Origin: Dictyostelium discoideum
Lineage: Eukaryota
Direction: 5' to 3'
DNA length: 64,000 nucleotides
Assembly: GCA_000004695.1 (NCBI GenBank)
Contig: CM000151.3
Coordinates: 5,600,001 to 5,664,000, forward strand
Part shown: positions 42,814 to 56,335 of the stretch, piece after piece
Layout: each line of letters opens with the position of its first letter
Numbering within the stretch: the first letter of the stretch is position 1
Notes under the pieces: generated by a model
What the model was told of the DNA's origin: nothing
Database searches by the model: none
Seen by the model: the letters and a program-made list of their open reading frames with translations, nothing else
Made by a program: the position numbers and the translations under genes

Positions 42814-45103
42814 TTCTTTTGTATTATTTGTTGTTGTTTGATCATCTTTTAAAACTTTATTTTCAACTAATTTAATTGCTTTATTTAATAAAGCAATGAA
42901 TTGTTTCCAATTTTTAGAGATGAAAGCTTTATCAATTTTCTCTAAGAAATCAGTATTATTTGATTCAGAGAAAGTCTTTTTAAACATTGAATCGAATCTA
43001 TTCTTTAGAGGTAAACAAAGTAAACGCATTTCTACTGGTTTAAAACCACCAATTAAATCTGAACTATCTGATTGTTGATTAAGATTCAATACTACCAACT
43101 TTTGATTTAATTGGTCGGCAATGTATTGAACTACCGATGTTTTACCAGTACCAGTTTCACCAACTAATAAAATTGGTTCATTAAATTGAATTGAGATTGA
43201 GATCTTTTCCATTAATCTCAATGAATTCATTGTGTGTGCAAAAACATTACCATGTTTAGTTACACCGGAATCTTGTTGACTTTGTTCAGTTGTGAATCTT
43301 GTATGTTTTTTACCATTTGAAATTTGAATTGAATCAGATTTCTCTAATGATTTTAATTTTGCACGACCTGTTGAAACTGATTCTTGGGTGATTATAATAG
43401 ATGGTTTATAAAGTTCAACATAGTAATTGATACGATCACCAGTTAATTCCCAAACTCTACCAATAACTTGAGTCAATTGTTTTCTTAAATTCTTTTTACT
43501 AATCATTGAACAAAAACAATCTAAAGCTTCAACAAAAACAATCTCTTGCATTGTTGATGTTATAATTTGTTGTGAAACATTTGTTAAATGTAATCTTTGA
43601 TTACAACGTCTAATCCACTTTATTAAATCTCTTGATGATATAAATCTACTTGATGGTATTATAAATTTCTCATTACTATTATTATTATTATTATTATCTG
43701 TATTATTATTGTTGTTTATATTATTTACATTTGCAGTATTTGCAATATTTGCAATACCAGCAACTTCATCAGTTGGTGATATTGAGATTGATTGATTTGA
43801 AATTACACGTAATAATAAATTAAAAGTTTCAATGAATTTTGAAATCATAACTGTTAATTGTGGGAATAGAGTTAATAAAACTTGTTTCATTTCAGTTGGT
43901 GATAAAGCTTCAATTACAACTCTAGTCCAAAGATGTGAGAGAATATTTGCATTTTGATCACGACTATGCGATCCAAACAAAGTTTGTGTTGCAAATAATT
44001 GGAAACCATTGGATGCTTCAATCACTTCGCCACGACCTGGTATGAATAAAGTTCTATTCTCTAATAATGGTATTAACACTGACAACACTTCAATTGGTGC
44101 TAAATCAATATCCTCAATTAAAATCCATCTACCTTCTTGAACGGCTTGTGTGAGTGCACCAGCTTGCCATTTAAATTCACCCGGTGTATCAGAGGTGATA
44201 TAAGTACCTAACAATACCTTTGAATCGGTTTGATCACCTAAATGAATTCTAATTATATTATCATTACCAGTGATTCTTGATAATTCTTCAATCATTGTTG
44301 TCTTACCAGAACCTGTAACACCCTCAATTAAAATTGGTTTACCTAAACCAACTGCAATTGCCAATGAATTTAAATTTTGTGATACAGTATTTGTATAAAC
44401 TAATTTTTGTACTTGTTCATCTTCCCCTTCTCCCTCTTGTTGTTGTTCTCCTCCTTTTTTTGATTTTACACTTGAACCATGTCCAATTTGTTCAAACTTT
44501 TTAAATAATAAAATACCACAAACATCAACAATTGATTTATGTAAATCTTGTTTTTGTATAAAAATATTTGGATATTTATTAATTAATTCTTCATCTTCTT
44601 TTTCTTCTTCTTGATTATTATTTATATTTTCTTTTTTATTGTTATTGTTATTATTATTATTTAAAAATAATTTTGATGATTCTAAATTTAATAATTCAGA
44701 CTCAATTTGAATAATTTGATTATGGTATTGTTTAAATAATGGTTTAATTTGAGTGATTTGATGATCAGGTACATTTAATACCATTGACATTGATTTAATG
44801 ACATACCATGTTATACGTTGACTTTTAATCTCTAATAATGAGAATAATGGTGTCCAATCCCATAATGATGAGAATAAACTTTTATTAAATGATAATAATC
44901 TAAAACAACTTTGAACTAATCCTAACCATCTCTCTTCTTTTTCTTCAGTAAAGTTTTTACATTGATTTATACTATCAAAAATATTTATACTATTATTACT
45001 ATTTTGGTGTTTTTTATAAAATTCAATTACAAGACTAAATAATAATAAATAAATAATAAATAATAATAAAAAAAAAAAAAAAAAAAAGAGGGTTAGAATA
45101 TAA

Positions 45104-45147
<44 letters not shown>

Positions 45148-45601
45148 TGAATTACCTTTGTAATTGTGGGGTTGTTGGTAAAAGTTGGGAAAAAATTAAT
45201 GTTATATTCTCAATTTCGGGAATATTGAAGGCATTTGTTTTTGTTTGTTGTTAAATTGATTTTTTCTTTTTTAAAAAAAATGATTGTAATGATGGTGATA
45301 ATGATGATGAAATTTTACTACCATTTTGAATATATCTTGAAACCAAATCAACTAATAATGGGCTAAATATATTTGAGATTAAGGAGGGATATTCTGGTTT
45401 ACTCATTAATAAATTTGAAATCTCTTCAACAATGAATAATTTATCTTGTGATGTAAATTCATTTTCTTTTTTTTTGAAAATTTGTTCAAAACTTTTGAAA
45501 TCTTGAATAATTGTTGATGATGAGGATTCATTTTTGATTTTTGTTAATTCTAATTCTAAGGCTTTAATAGCTTTAAATATGTTAAATTTAAATTTATACA
45601 T
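27361..45601 (-). CDS. Midasin (MDN1/Rea1) AAA+ ATPase, a giant ribosome-biogenesis protein. Exons on the minus strand: 45601..~45254 (N-terminal), an unresolved small segment ending near 45156, ~45034..30991 (the ~14 kb main exon, whose ORF-track portion is 13.8 kb), 30921..27610, 27507..27361.
   Basis: Six AAA modules with Walker A sites: GVTGSGKTT, GETGTGKTS, GPTSSGKTS, GETGCSKTT, GSPGVGKTS, GPTSTSKTS. A long linker is followed by the D/E-rich region and the C-terminal MIDAS/VWA domain (LLAIDDTESM...). The terminal peptide is ...LRQWFDLTKSTQ*. The N-terminal exon (ORF 45251..45601) and the extension upstream of the ORF-track start (…SLWDWTPLFSLLEIKSQRITWYVIKSMSMVLN…) align with the human MDN1 N-terminus. 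Introns 30990..30922 (GTAATG..TCACAG) and 27609..27508 (GTAAGT..TTATTAG) were checked against the ORF frames. Confidence 0.9.
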
Positions 45602-45838
45602 TTTTTTTATTTGTTTTAATTTTACGCTTAAAATTTTTTACGGTTTTTTTTTTATTTTATTTTATTTTTTTTTTTTTTTTTTTTTTTAATTGTATTTATT
45701 TTCTATTCCAAAAAAAAAAAAAAAATAATAATTATAATAATAACAATAATAAAAATATTGAAATATTATAAAATAGTATTAACCTTATTAGTAAAATAAT
45801 AGGTATATCTTAATTATTATAAAGATAATAATAAAAAA

Positions 45839-45875
<37 letters not shown>

Positions 45876-46908
45876 AAAAAATGAAAACGAGTTTGAGGAT
45901 TTTAAAAAAACGAAAGGGGTTTTGAGGATTTCAAAAAACCGAAAAAAAAAAAAAATAAAAATAAATAAAAAATAAAAAATTTGAAAAAAAAAAATTAAAA
46001 ATAAAAAAAAAAAACGATTGCAAAAATAAAACAATAACATATAATATACACTAGCTGATAAAAAAAAAAAAAAAAAAAAAATTAGTAGAAAGTCCTTTAG
46101 TAGTTTTTTTGATTAATTTGACCGACCAAGATTCACACATTTTATTATTTTTTTTTTTTACTTTTTTTTTTTTTAAATTTTTTATTTTGGGATTCTTGGA
46201 AATTAATTTAATCATCCCAACAGAGAGTTAAAAATTCCAAAAAAAATATTTCAAACTTTTAACAAATAATAAAAAATAATTTTAATTAACAAATAATAAA
46301 AAAATAAAATAATATAAAATAAAATAAAATAAAATAATATAAAATTAAATTAAATTAAATTAAATTAAATTAAATTTTTATTTTTTTCAAACAAATTGAT
46401 TTAATTTAAAATTTTTTTCCTTTTTTTGTGATATTGGAATTTATATGAAAATTTTATTTGATTAGTTTATTCAATTGGACTTGAATTTAAAATTATTTTC
46501 CTTTTTAAAATCGATTTCATTTTATTTTAAATTTAATTATTTTTGTATTTTAGAAAAAAAAATTTTTTTTTAAGTTTTTAAATTTCCCATATTTGATTTA
46601 AACTTAAAAATAAAAAAATAATAATAAAAATTAATATAAAAAAAAAAAATTAGCTTTGCAAAAAAAAAAAAAAAAAATTAATATTTTTTTTTTTTTTTTA
46701 ATTTTTTTTTTTTTAATTTTTTTTTTTTTAATTTTTTTTTTTTTAATTTTTTTTTTCATTTTTATTTTTTTTTTTTTTAATTTTTTTTTTTTTCAATTTA
46801 TTTAACATACATACCCTATCACATACACATAATTACATATACACCTTTTTACATATATCATTTTTTTTTTTTTTCACAAAAAACTTAAACTTATATAAAT
46901 AATATACA

Positions 46909-48070
<1,162 letters not shown>

Positions 48071-48327
48071 TTGTCAGGTTTTTTTTTTATATTTAAAGGT
48101 TGTTTTGTGTTTGCATTGATATTTTTATGTATAATATTTCAACAATATTATTTTTCACATAACTATTCATATACAAATAACATTTCAACCAACCACTCAT
48201 ACATACACTCAGTACTTCAAAATTGTAAATATAATTCATTGATCAAAATAGAAGACAAAGTAATAAACTCACTTTTGTTAAAAATAATAAATAAAAGTAT
48301 GTCAATAACAAAATAATAGGTTGGTTT

Positions 48328-48369
<42 letters not shown>

Positions 48370-48870
48370 TTTTTTCTTTTTTTTTTTTTTTTAAAAAAAA
48401 TATCCACACAATTCAGTGAAATAAAACCATAAAGAGTTATGTAAAATATAAATAAATAAAAACAATTTAAAAAAAGTTTATTATGGATTTTTTTTTTTTT
48501 TTTTTTATTTGAACGTCGTCTAATATTGGGAAATGAAATCTAAATATATTTTTGTTCTAAAAATAAAAAAATAAAACAGCAGAATAATAAAAAAAAAAAA
48601 AATTTTTAATAAAACAAAAATAAAAATAAAAACAAATCAAAAAAAAAAAAAAAACAAAAAAAAAAAAAACAAAAAAAAAAACAAAAAAAATTTTTAAACC
48701 AAACCAGCCTTGTTTGACAAAATTGACACCCCAGCCTTTTTAATTATTTTTTATTTTTTATTTTTTATTTTTTTTTTTTTTTTTTTTTTTTGATCACCTT
48801 CTGTGAAAGTGGTGAAAAAAAAAAAAAAACACCACACCATGTGTTTTAATATTAAATAAAATAAAAATAA

Positions 48871-49301
48871 ATGTCTATAAATAAAGAAAAAACTAAATTT
48901 AACACTTTCAGACTCCCAACTAAAAAAAAAATTTGTTCATGTACACACAATGAATATTCAGAAGATTTGAAGATACCAAAAGCAATTGATGGTGTTCCAA
49001 TTGAACTCGAAAATATATTAACATTTAAAGAATATGAAAGAATTGTTAAAACTTGTAAAAGAATAATTTCTTTAAAAATGTTTACAGATAAATTGTACTA
49101 TATAACATTTGCTATGGGAATAGCTGCCTTTTTCTTATATTTCCCATTTTTATACACTCGTAGAAAATTATTGATTTTGGCAATGATTGCAGTAGTTAGT
49201 TTCATTCTTTTAGTTGGTTTAGCTTTATCAAGATTAACAATTATGGTAAGTAAATAATTATTTTATATAATCAAAAAAATTTTGTTTAGATAAAATTACT
49301 A

Positions 49302-49333
<32 letters not shown>

Positions 49334-49906
49334 CAGAAATTAAAAGCAAAATTAGATCAAAAAATTCAAATATTAAATAATGATTTTAAAGAAAAAAATA
49401 TAATAATTGAAAGAGAGGTTAAAAAAGAACAAGTTTCAAGTATGAGAACAAAAAATCATATTTTAATTAATATAATTTATAATATACAACTTATTGCAGA
49501 CCAATCAAATTCAACTAAAGCCGAAGAATCTTTACAAAAAGAAATTAAAAAAGAAATCCAAGTAATTGAAAAAAATCCAATTGATAAATTAATTAAAAAT
49601 AATTATAATAATAGTAATAATGATAATAATAGTAATAATAATAGTTCTTATACCCAATTAAATATATCTAAATTACAACAACCTCAGTCACAACCAATTG
49701 AAATAAAAATTAAAAATAAAAACAATGATTACCAAAAGATAGAATATTCAATTGAAATAATTAAAGATTTTAATGTAAATTTAAAGAATGTTGACGATGA
49801 TGATGATAATAACGATGTTGAAATTGAAATGGATTCAATGAACAAAGCAAACTTTGAAATGGTTTCAAATATCTATAGCGATGATAAAGCTCCATTGATT
49901 GTATAA
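48871..49906 (+). CDS. Hypothetical membrane protein with two TM helices, followed by a Lys/Glu-rich coiled-coil and an Asn/Asp-rich tail. Two exons: 48871..49245, 49337..49906.
   Basis: ORF 48871..49257 ends at a GTAAGT donor after ...LSRLTIM. The acceptor ...AAAACAG at 49336 continues in phase 0 (KLKAKLDQKIQILNNDFKEK...) straight into ORF 49442..49906. There are no database-recognisable motifs. Confidence 0.5.
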
Positions 49907-49945
49907 AAAAATAAATAAATAAAAAATAAATAAATAAAATCATTA

Positions 49946-49981
<36 letters not shown>

Positions 49982-50202
49982 TAATAGATATATTATAAAA
50001 TAATTTTATAAAATAATTTTATAATATATATAAAAAAAAACCTTGTTTAAAAACTAAAAGAAAAACCAAATATAAAGATATCTGAATAAATAATAGATAA
50101 AATATAAATTACAAGTTATTGAAATGAAAGAAAAAAAACAAATAAATAAATAAAAATTATTGTGAATGATTTTATTATTTATTATTATGATTGTTGGTAA
50201 TA

Positions 50203-52737
50203 TTATTTTCTACAAATTGAAATTGCTGAAAAGCAACCAACATTTTCATATGATTTTTGAGTCCTTGTTTTGACATAATTATATAAAATTGGTGTTAAAC
50301 AAGAAAATGTTGGATTTTTAAATAAAACAGTAGATTTTATAATTTCAGTGGTGGTTTTAATTGTTGTTTCAACTGTAGTTCTAATACATGATGAAGTTGT
50401 TGTTGTCACTGTTGTTGATGTAGTTATTAATGGTTCAATTGTCTTTGGTAAAAATGTATAGTTTACTATGTCACCGTCGATGATTTGAATTTTATCTATA
50501 AATTCTTTTTTTACTTTATTTTTACTTGCAATATATGTCGAAATATTTAATTGAAATTCATTATTATTAAAAAATTGGTTTAACAAATTCCACATTACTA
50601 AATCTGATCCACAAAGTTCATTATTTGATGAATATAAAAACTTAAGTGTTAATGCAACTGTTTTACTTTTGTCATTTATAATTTCTAAAATTTCATCTTT
50701 TAAAAGTTTGATTAAATTAATTTGAATTTCCTGTACTTGTTTCTCATTCATTGATGTTTCTATTGATGTAGGATTGTTTAAATTTAAATAGCCATATTCA
50801 TTATCATACAATGTAAATGCATTTGTTTGGTATCCAACATATGTTTGCCTTTGTTGGAAATCTTTTTGAAGAAAAAAAACAGTTTGGGTCAAATATTCAT
50901 TTTGGTTTGATGATTTTGGATTATTTTGAAATTCTAAACCTGGAAAATAAAATTCGAATAATAATTTATAAATTTTCAATGTATTCTGGTACATATCAAC
51001 TGTTGAATATCTAACAGGAGTTGTTTCATTTTGACATAACATATTGCCTAATAAATAATTAAAGTTAAGATAACTTTGAATATAATTTTTAGGACCAAAA
51101 ACTAAATTTGAAAATTTAATTTTTGATAAAATAAAACTATTCCAATGTTTGCAAACCAAATGTAAACTTTGACAAAATGAGAAAAACTGTTCATCACCTT
51201 TTGAATAATCAATTGAATAATTTAAAATTTTTAAAGTTAATAAATTTGAAAGTTTAAAACTGTTTACTGCTATCTTTGTTTCAACCACATGTTTATGATT
51301 TAATTTTTGTTTTTTTGATACAATATATGGTATTTGAATAAATGATGGATTATTGGAAACATTTGAATTTTCATTTGTAATAATAATCACTGAAAATATG
51401 AGTGAGCTCTCATACTCACTACGATGATTCAAATTGCATGATCTAAAAATTCCATGATTTCTTAAATTTTGATTTGAAAATAACAATACATTTGAAAGGT
51501 TTATTTCATTAATATCATATACATTGAAAATTATATTGTGTGATTTAATGAGTGATACCATTTTTATATTATTTGTTCCATAATGATTTATTAATGAGTC
51601 GTACATATATAAGTCCATACCACTTAATTTTTCAATCCAATCAGAGGTTGTATACAAATCGTTCAAAATAATTCCTATTTGGTTACCTTTGTATATAAGT
51701 TTATCAAATTCAATTATCACCATTTTCATTGCAATATTTCTAAAACCAATACTTTCTATGGATGGTGATCCCAATCGTTGCATTTTAAATGGATCCATTG
51801 TAAACATATCAAATTCTAGTAAACCAAAATATGGGTTTCGGTTGTTTGAATTTATAAATACTGTAATATCATTATCAGGTAAAACGCAATACTTTATTGA
51901 GTATTTATTATAATCAAAAAACATACCACTCTTTGAAATAGATATTTTTTCAAATAATTTTGATCGATTATGTCTTATTTCAATTTCATCACCATCATAT
52001 CCTATTGGAACAAATAATTTACCCACAAATCTTTTTCCATTTTCAACAGTTACCCATTTATTAATTATTTGATTTTCTTGTTGTATTCCATCCAATTCAA
52101 CTCCATTTGTTGTGATATTATTGTTTGTTTGTTTAAATATATGTAATTTTATAAAATCAACTTGTCTTTGGTTTGTACTGTACATACTATCTATTGAATA
52201 TGTTACCCAATAACCATCCTTATAATTAGGAATAACCAAATCATAATGATTCTCAATGATTTTATAATTGTCATTTTTATTTATCGAAGTTGCAATCTTT
52301 AATAGTTCATGAAAATTTGGACTAAATATTTTACCACATTTTGTAAAATTAATATAAATGTATGGATTTATACAAAATATTGTTTTGTTTTCTTTTATTT
52401 TTTTTTCTTGTCCTTCTATATCTTCATGATCTTCATCATCATCTTCTTCATAGTCGTCATCGTATATAATTGGAGTATTAATAAAACTATCAATTGTGGT
52501 TGCCTTACTACTATTTCTTGAATTATTATTATCGAATTCATCATTATCAACAGTTTCTATACAAAAGGATACTTTATTTGGGAAATAAAGAAAATTCATT
52601 AAACTATTTATTTTTATATTATCAATGCTATTATCATATAAATCAATTAAACTAAAAATATTTGAATGATTTTTTTTTTTATTTATTGAATCTATAATTG
52701 AATCTCTTATTTTAAGATAACTATTTAAATAATCCAT
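50203..52737 (-). CDS. Orphan 844-aa protein of unknown function, a single exon on the minus strand.
   Basis: Uninterrupted 2.5 kb ORF with Dictyostelium-like codon usage. It has an acidic D/E/Y stretch near residue 95 and a poly-Thr patch near the C-terminus. I recognise no catalytic motifs, signal peptide or TM segment. Confidence 0.6.
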   Translation of the reverse strand: MDYLNSYLKIRDSIIDSINKKKNHSNIFSLIDLYDNSIDNIKINSLMNFLYFPNKVSFCIETVDNDEFDNNNSRNSSKATTIDSFINTPIIYDDDYEEDDDEDHEDIEGQEKKIKENKTIFCINPYIYINFTKCGKIFSPNFHELLKIATSINKNDNYKIIENHYDLVIPNYKDGYWVTYSIDSMYSTNQRQVDFIKLHIFKQTNNNITTNGVELDGIQQENQIINKWVTVENGKRFVGKLFVPIGYDGDEIEIRHNRSKLFEKISISKSGMFFDYNKYSIKYCVLPDNDITVFINSNNRNPYFGLLEFDMFTMDPFKMQRLGSPSIESIGFRNIAMKMVIIEFDKLIYKGNQIGIILNDLYTTSDWIEKLSGMDLYMYDSLINHYGTNNIKMVSLIKSHNIIFNVYDINEINLSNVLLFSNQNLRNHGIFRSCNLNHRSEYESSLIFSVIIITNENSNVSNNPSFIQIPYIVSKKQKLNHKHVVETKIAVNSFKLSNLLTLKILNYSIDYSKGDEQFFSFCQSLHLVCKHWNSFILSKIKFSNLVFGPKNYIQSYLNFNYLLGNMLCQNETTPVRYSTVDMYQNTLKIYKLLFEFYFPGLEFQNNPKSSNQNEYLTQTVFFLQKDFQQRQTYVGYQTNAFTLYDNEYGYLNLNNPTSIETSMNEKQVQEIQINLIKLLKDEILEIINDKSKTVALTLKFLYSSNNELCGSDLVMWNLLNQFFNNNEFQLNISTYIASKNKVKKEFIDKIQIIDGDIVNYTFLPKTIEPLITTSTTVTTTTSSCIRTTVETTIKTTTEIIKSTVLFKNPTFSCLTPILYNYVKTRTQKSYENVGCFSAISICRK

Positions 52738-52963
52738 TTAAATTTTTTAAAACTATTTTATTACAAAAAATTAAATATTAAAAAATTAAAAAAATAACTT
52801 AAATTTTTTTTTTTTTATTAATCAAAGCAAATACTTACGTTAAAAAAAACATATATATATTATAATAAATTGAATTTTGGAAATTTTATTTATTTATTTT
52901 TGGTGGTAATACCACATGTGGGAAATAATTAATAAAAAAATACAAAAACAAAAAAAATTAATT

Positions 52964-53007
<44 letters not shown>

Positions 53008-53319
53008 ATTGGAAAAATTTAGGGTTTGACCATACAAAACTTTTTTTAAATTAATTATTATTTTGTTTTACAAATTTAGTAAATTTAAATAATTTTTTGA
53101 GTGAATAAATAAGCTATTTATATAATACAAAAAATTGTAAATTTTACATTTCAAATAAACATTCATTGCTTTACAAATTTTTCACTGCAAAAAAAAAAAT
53201 AAAAAAAATAATTAAGCAATGTATGTATGTATTAAGTGAAAAAAAATTTTATGAGTGGAATGTTTAAATAAAAATTAAATATAATATAATTTATTTAAAC
53301 ATAATTTTAATATTTTAAA

Positions 53320-55053
53320 ATGCTCAATAATTATATTCACAAATTAGTTTATATTTTTTTTTTTTTTTTTGTTTCATTGAAAGTTTCATATTGTAATTTG
53401 CATTATTTAGGATTAGATTGGAATCAAAATGTTGGAGGTAAATGGATTTGTGTTGATAAAAATTCACAACCTAATATCAAAGATTTTTTTTATAAATATA
53501 ATGGTGGTTTTCATAAGTATATTTATAAAACTTATAATTTTTCATATCCCAATAAACCAACAGGAAATGGTGTATATGTTTATTTTTCCCAAAATGGTGA
53601 AATAGCCTATATAGGAAAATCGTGGCAGAAAAAATTTAACGGGATTTATGATAGGATTGCAGCCCATCAAAATAAAGATTTGTTTGGCCAACCAAAAAAT
53701 AAAGATGAAATTCTAAAAGAAATAAATGGTTTACTTTCACATGATGAGATTCAAAATATTGAAAAAAGAGAGAAAATTACTAAATATTGTTACCTACCAA
53801 TTCCCAATAACTCTCCAAGAGAATTAGCATATTATATAGAAGGTAGTTTACTCTCAATTTTCCATTCTTCTATTAATTCTTGGCAAAACGGAGGCCCTTC
53901 TGGTGATACGGGTATTTTTAATCGTTTTAGAATTCCAATAATAAGATATACCACAAATGAATATTCTATGTTGTATACTGCAAATGATGAAAATGTTAAT
54001 AATTACTATTCTGTATTTGAGAATCCGGACTTTTATAAAATTTTTTATTACTTCAAGAATTATCAAAAAGTAGAAGATGATTTGGAAAATTGTGAACAAG
54101 AATTAAAAATAAATAAAAATGAATTGAAACGAGAAATTTCGTCAATCCAAAAATTTTTGAAATCCACCAATTTGGAGGATGCATTCCATAATTTTAGAAT
54201 TGGATATATAAAGGGTCACTCGAAAAACAGTAATCAAGCAGTACCAGGGGTTACTTTTACTAATATGCTGTCAGCTCTGTTTTATAATGTTAATTTGTTG
54301 CCAAAGTCTAATGAAAATGTTGAAATGCTTATTAAAATTTTAGAAAAAGTACAAAATGATGGAAATAAAAATAAAGCTAATGAAGTTTTTTGTCCTCAGG
54401 AAAAATCTTTAAATTATAAAATTCAAACTTTAGAAAAGAACAATGAAGATGCTAGAATAGTAAATAATCAACTTAATTCGACGATTAATTCAAATGAAAT
54501 AAAAAACAAAGACATAATTTCAAAACAAGAAAATGAAATTATTACTTTAAAAATTGAAAATCAAAAATTAAAAAGTAACATTACTCTATTATATGGTGAA
54601 ATTTCAATTTTAGAAAAACAATTAAATGGTAACATTACTCAATTAAATGGTGCAATATCAATTTTAGAAAAACAATTAAATGGTAACATTACCTTATTAA
54701 ATGAAGAAATTTCATCATTGAACTCAATAATTACTGATTATGAAAGAAATAATACAATTTTGACTCATCAAGCAGAGCTTGATTCATTTGAATTAAAATC
54801 ATATGATCAATGTATTATTGATAGAAATAGATACAAAATGGAATCAGAAAAATCACCATTTAATTTAAAACAATACCCATCGTTGGTTAAAATTGATGAT
54901 GTTTCACAATGTCCAAAATATAAATGCTTAAAAAGAAAATCATTAAATGAGTGGACTATTGGACTAAACATCCCAGCTTTTTGTAGAGAAAGTCGATATG
55001 ATTGTTCGTTGTGTTACAAATACATAGAATGCAGTTTTTCTGATGAATTTTAA
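53320..55053 (+). CDS. GIY-YIG (URI-type) nuclease-motif protein of 577 aa with an N-terminal hydrophobic segment, a central coiled-coil containing a 13-residue tandem repeat, and a Cys-rich C-terminus.
   Basis: GNGVYVYFSQNGEIAYIGKSWQKKFNGIYDRIAAHQN contains GVY ... (9 aa) ... YIG ... R..AHQN. This is the GIY-YIG core with the R-x-x-x-H-[QN] element seen in SLX1/UvrC-type domains. The N-terminus (LVYIFFFFFVSLKVSYC) is a signal peptide or TM anchor. ISILEKQLNGNIT(Q/L)LNG is repeated. The C-terminal 90 aa hold 9 Cys (CPKYKC...FCRESRYDCSLCYKYIEC). Confidence 0.6.
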   Translation: MLNNYIHKLVYIFFFFFVSLKVSYCNLHYLGLDWNQNVGGKWICVDKNSQPNIKDFFYKYNGGFHKYIYKTYNFSYPNKPTGNGVYVYFSQNGEIAYIGKSWQKKFNGIYDRIAAHQNKDLFGQPKNKDEILKEINGLLSHDEIQNIEKREKITKYCYLPIPNNSPRELAYYIEGSLLSIFHSSINSWQNGGPSGDTGIFNRFRIPIIRYTTNEYSMLYTANDENVNNYYSVFENPDFYKIFYYFKNYQKVEDDLENCEQELKINKNELKREISSIQKFLKSTNLEDAFHNFRIGYIKGHSKNSNQAVPGVTFTNMLSALFYNVNLLPKSNENVEMLIKILEKVQNDGNKNKANEVFCPQEKSLNYKIQTLEKNNEDARIVNNQLNSTINSNEIKNKDIISKQENEIITLKIENQKLKSNITLLYGEISILEKQLNGNITQLNGAISILEKQLNGNITLLNEEISSLNSIITDYERNNTILTHQAELDSFELKSYDQCIIDRNRYKMESEKSPFNLKQYPSLVKIDDVSQCPKYKCLKRKSLNEWTIGLNIPAFCRESRYDCSLCYKYIECSFSDEF

Positions 55054-55252
55054 ACAAATTTAAGCGCACTTTTTGTAATTTAAAATATTTTTATATGGGA
55101 GCCCATATAAAATTAATATGTATAATTTTCAAATTTTGAAAAATGCTAAAACTTGAATGTTTTTCACAATATATTTCTCAATCACTCCAATTAAACCATA
55201 GTTTTATTCAAAATAAATTAATAATTAATATCAACAATAAATAGATTTTTTG

Positions 55253-55283
<31 letters not shown>

Positions 55284-55916
55284 GGTTTTTTAAAACTGAT
55301 TTTAGGCTTTTTATTATTTTTTAAAAAATTCTATTATATGGTTATATATTTGTTTTAACTTTTAAATTTTATCTTTAATTTATTTTTTATAAATAATCTG
55401 AATAAAAATAATAATTTAATTATAATTAATACTATTAAAATGAGTTGATAGAATTAACTATAAAAGGATAATTAATATTATTAATTTAATAATTTTTGGA
55501 GTTATTTATAATAATTGAAAATATTTTTTTTAATAATATATAATTCATAAAAATTAATTAATAATACTATTTAAATTAACAATTAATAAAATATTGATAC
55601 CAATAAATGAATGTAATGATATATTAAAATTAATATCAACACCACTATTAAATGATGATATAAATGGTTTATTTTTAATTTAATATAAATTTTTTTTTTT
55701 TTTTTTTCCTTAAAAAAAAAAAAATTATAAATATATATTATTTATTTTGAAGTTTTATTTGAAAGGTAAAATGATTAAAAAGTTATAATAAAAGAAATGA
55801 ATTGATTGGATTATTTACATTAAATTGTTTAATAAAATATAAATAATAATTTTTTTACCTATTATTACTATAAATTATTACAATTTTAATTTTTTTTTTT
55901 TTTTTTAAAAATTATT

Positions 55917-56299
55917 TTAAAAACTAAAAAATTTCTTCTTCTTTTTAAGATGTTTCTTAATTGTCATATAATGTTGAAATCTTTTTTCACACATTTTACA
56001 ACCTCTACATAATATATATAAATATTGGGAATCCTCCATTATATATGATGATGGATTTTTTTTATCTGATTCTCTTTTTGAAAATAAAGTTCTTGGTGTC
56101 ATTGGTCCTTTTTGCGATTCCTTTGGTTTTGGACTTGTAGGTAAAGATTTTCCTCTTGATGATAATACTTTTGTAGGAGTTTGTTGACCTTCAACTGGAA
56201 CATCATTTGAATTTAATTCTTTTTACCAAATAAATTATTAAGATTAATATAAATATAAATTATATACATTCAAAAAAAAAAAAAAATAAAAATAAAATA

Positions 56300-56335
<36 letters not shown>

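Noticed and set aside
32781-43078. Short plus-strand ORFs antisense to the giant midasin exon (32781..33020, 38727..38912, 39282..39575, 39843..40088, 42398..42610, 42896..43078) and minus-frame 35271..35579.
   Set aside because: They are 60-100 aa with no motifs and are embedded in a continuous 13.8 kb coding exon on the other strand. They occur at roughly the frequency expected by chance for such a long exon.
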